A DNA stretch of 63,450 nucleotides, counting the filler, from Polymyxa betae A26-41 (taxonomy: Eukaryota; Protista; Endomyxa: Phytomyxea): NCBI GenBank assembly GCA_003693705.1. It is 7 parts of 7 records of this genome, joined end to end, with 100 filler letters (N's around TTAATTAATTAA, not from the genome) between each part and the next. Parts side by side here need not be neighbours in the genome. Positions count along the whole stretch, not along the records: positions 58,034 to 63,450 come from RBZT01000802.1; 6 more parts are not named here. One strand, given 5' to 3'. The notes below the pieces were generated by a model that was not told the DNA's origin, did no database searches, and worked only from the letters and a program-made list of their open reading frames with translations. Position numbers and translations under genes: made by a program. Shown here piece after piece: positions 61,512 to 63,450 of the stretch (its first letter is position 1; the number at the start of each line of letters is the position of its first letter).

Positions 61512-63450
61512 TTCCTTCTCCCTCCCTGTCGACAGATGCACCTCTGAGAACTTTTTCCCGCAAGTATCTGAATTGTGTCGCGTCCAGTGGTTTTGTTAAG
61601 ATATCGGCAGTATTCTCCTTGCTAGGGCAAAATGTGATAGCAATTGTACCTGCGTCTTTCTCATGACGGATAAATCGGTATTTGACATCGACATGCTTGG
61701 TCCTCTGTAACGCATCCTCTTTTTTGACCATGTTGATGGTAGATTGATTATCTTCGAATATAATAGTCGGCTCATTCTCGATAAATCCCAATTCAGCGAG
61801 CACATGTCGAATCCATTTAAACTCTCGAGTTGCTTGTGATGCTGCGATGAACTCCGCTTCAGAAGTCGAAAGTGCGACACAAGCCTGTTTCTTTGAAGTC
61901 CAGGCAATTGGTCCACCGAGTGTGATCACATAGCCTGACGTTGACTTTCGATCGCCTACATCGCCAAAGCTCGCGACACAGTATGCCTTTAAGGTTGGCT
62001 GAAAACAGTCAGATCGCTTAAACACAATTCCCAATTTCTTTGTCCCCTTCAAATATCTTAGAATCCTTTTGACTGCACCGACGTCGTCTATTGTTGGGCT
62101 CTCCATCTTTCGGGCACAGTAGTTGACCGATGCAGCAATATCGGGACGGCAGGTTGTAGAAATAAAATTGAAGCATCCAATTCATTGACGGTAAGGGAAA
62201 CAGACCTCGATGTCCGTTGCATTCCTGGATGTAGTTTCTCCTGGCTTCACCATCGGGGTTGACTCTGGTGTACAATTTGACATTCGAAACTGCTGCAGTA
62301 CCTCATCGATATAACTCTCCAATGATAATGTGATTGCTGAATTGCTGGAGTCCTGCTCCACCTTCAGACCCAAAACATGAGAGGCCTTGCCAAAATCTTG
62401 CATCTGATAGTTACAGCTCAGGGTTTTCTTTACTGTCATAAGTTCTTGATTGTCATTCGAAATTAAAATAAGGTCGTCTACGTATAAGGCGAGAATTAAG
62501 AATGATGCATCGCGACGGCGTAAGAACAGACACTGATCTGCAGTACAGTACTTGAACTCCATCTGATTTACCAGGAAGCTCGTGATAGTTTTCCACCACT
62601 GCCGACCGGCCTGTCTGAGACAATAAATAGCACGTTTGAGCTCGCACACCAATTCTTCCCCATTTTCTCCTGCATGAAGATCTTTTCATTCAGGTCCGCG
62701 TTCAGAAAGGCAGTTTTGACGTCCATGTGGTGGACATCGAGACCAAAATGTGCCGGAGACCGGTTAGGGAGACCACCGGTGCGAATGTATCGTGAAAATC
62801 CACACCAAACTTCTGTGAAAAACCTTTTGCGCAGAGCCTGGCTTTGAAAGATTTTATGTTGCCGTTCTCGTCAGTCTTAACAGCATAGACCCATTTGCTA
62901 CCAATCACATTTGCTCCAGGAGGCCGCTTCACAAAAGTCCAAGTTTCTCTCTCTCGATGGCTGTCGAGTTCCACTTTTTCTGCTTTTCGCCACTTGTCAG
63001 ATTCTGGAGTCTTAATTGCTTCTTCCTGGTTTTGCGGGATTGCCACTGAGATCAGGCAGTGACTGATAGAAACCTTGATACCGCTCCGGTCTTCGCCTCA
63101 CTCGAGTTGACCTTCGTGGTTCGTTATCTTTTGATTCTGTGGCGTTCGCCTCATCATCGCATTCATCGCCATCCTCACGAAGTATGATCTCGTTTAAATC
63201 CTCTCTCGCGCTCTCGTAGTAAGTCGGTTCTGTTTCGTCATCACTTCGGGATTCACGGTCGTTATCGGTTTCAGTATGTTCTTCAGCTCGATCTTGCGAC
63301 ACCTTTTCACTCGTGTAAATGATATTTATATTGTCCTCTTCAGTCAAATCTTGAACATTGTTTCCGTTTGTTTCAATGAACTTGACGTTGTTGAAGCCTA
63401 CTGAGGCAAATAAAGTCGATGTTTTGGTAAACAGACTATTATAAGGAGTG
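61512..63450 (-). mobile_element. Ty1/Copia pol 3' part (RT plus RNase H), frameshifted; PPT and 3' LTR start at ~61511
   Basis: SKWVYAVK...FKARLCAKGFSQ; LYVDDL; RKSTSGYV, ALSTSEAEF, IFEDNQS, TKHVDVKY, ADILTKPL; PPT AGGGAGGGAGAAGGAA followed by TGTTG. Confidence 0.92.

Noticed and set aside
60977-61666. 229-aa Ser/Pro/Leu-rich ORF
   Set aside because: Runs across LTR-like low-complexity DNA and antisense Copia RNase H.
1-63450. Fanzor/TnpB, Helitron Rep-helicase, viral or Polinton genes
   Set aside because: No RuvC plus zinc-ribbon, HUH/PIF1, polB or capsid motifs were recognised in the ORF track; highly decayed copies cannot be excluded by eye.

Overview
Eukaryotic, transposon-dense DNA, probably from a protist or fungus-like microbe. 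Short introns and CCCTAA(A)-type motifs fit a plasmodiophorid or oomycete-like organism, but this is inference only. The window is not one continuous locus: six artificial 100-nt linkers (N-run, TTAATTAATTAA, N-run) join separate contigs. One host-gene island (about 10-25.5 kb) holds two BTB/POZ-domain genes, a mitochondrial GatC-like gene, a long multi-exon signal-peptide gene and two identical, convergently oriented tRNA-Thr(AGT) genes. The rest is mostly decayed or nested mobile DNA. It includes a non-autonomous Helitron with telomere-like internal repeats, three copies of a C2H2-zinc-finger MULE transposase, three PIF/Harbinger-type elements and two IS630/Tc1-like elements (one complete, with TIRs and TA TSD, next to a Copia 5' LTR end). 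There are also hAT deletion derivatives, several Copia and chromodomain Gypsy fragments, and solo LTRs. The most unusual region is a degraded tyrosine-recombinase (Crypton-like) element followed by two regularly spaced GGTACTATC arrays that flank an accessory ORF. Also notable is a Copia ORF fusing Gag-protease directly to RNase H, in frame, with no integrase or RT. All family calls come from motif recognition by eye; no database searches were run.
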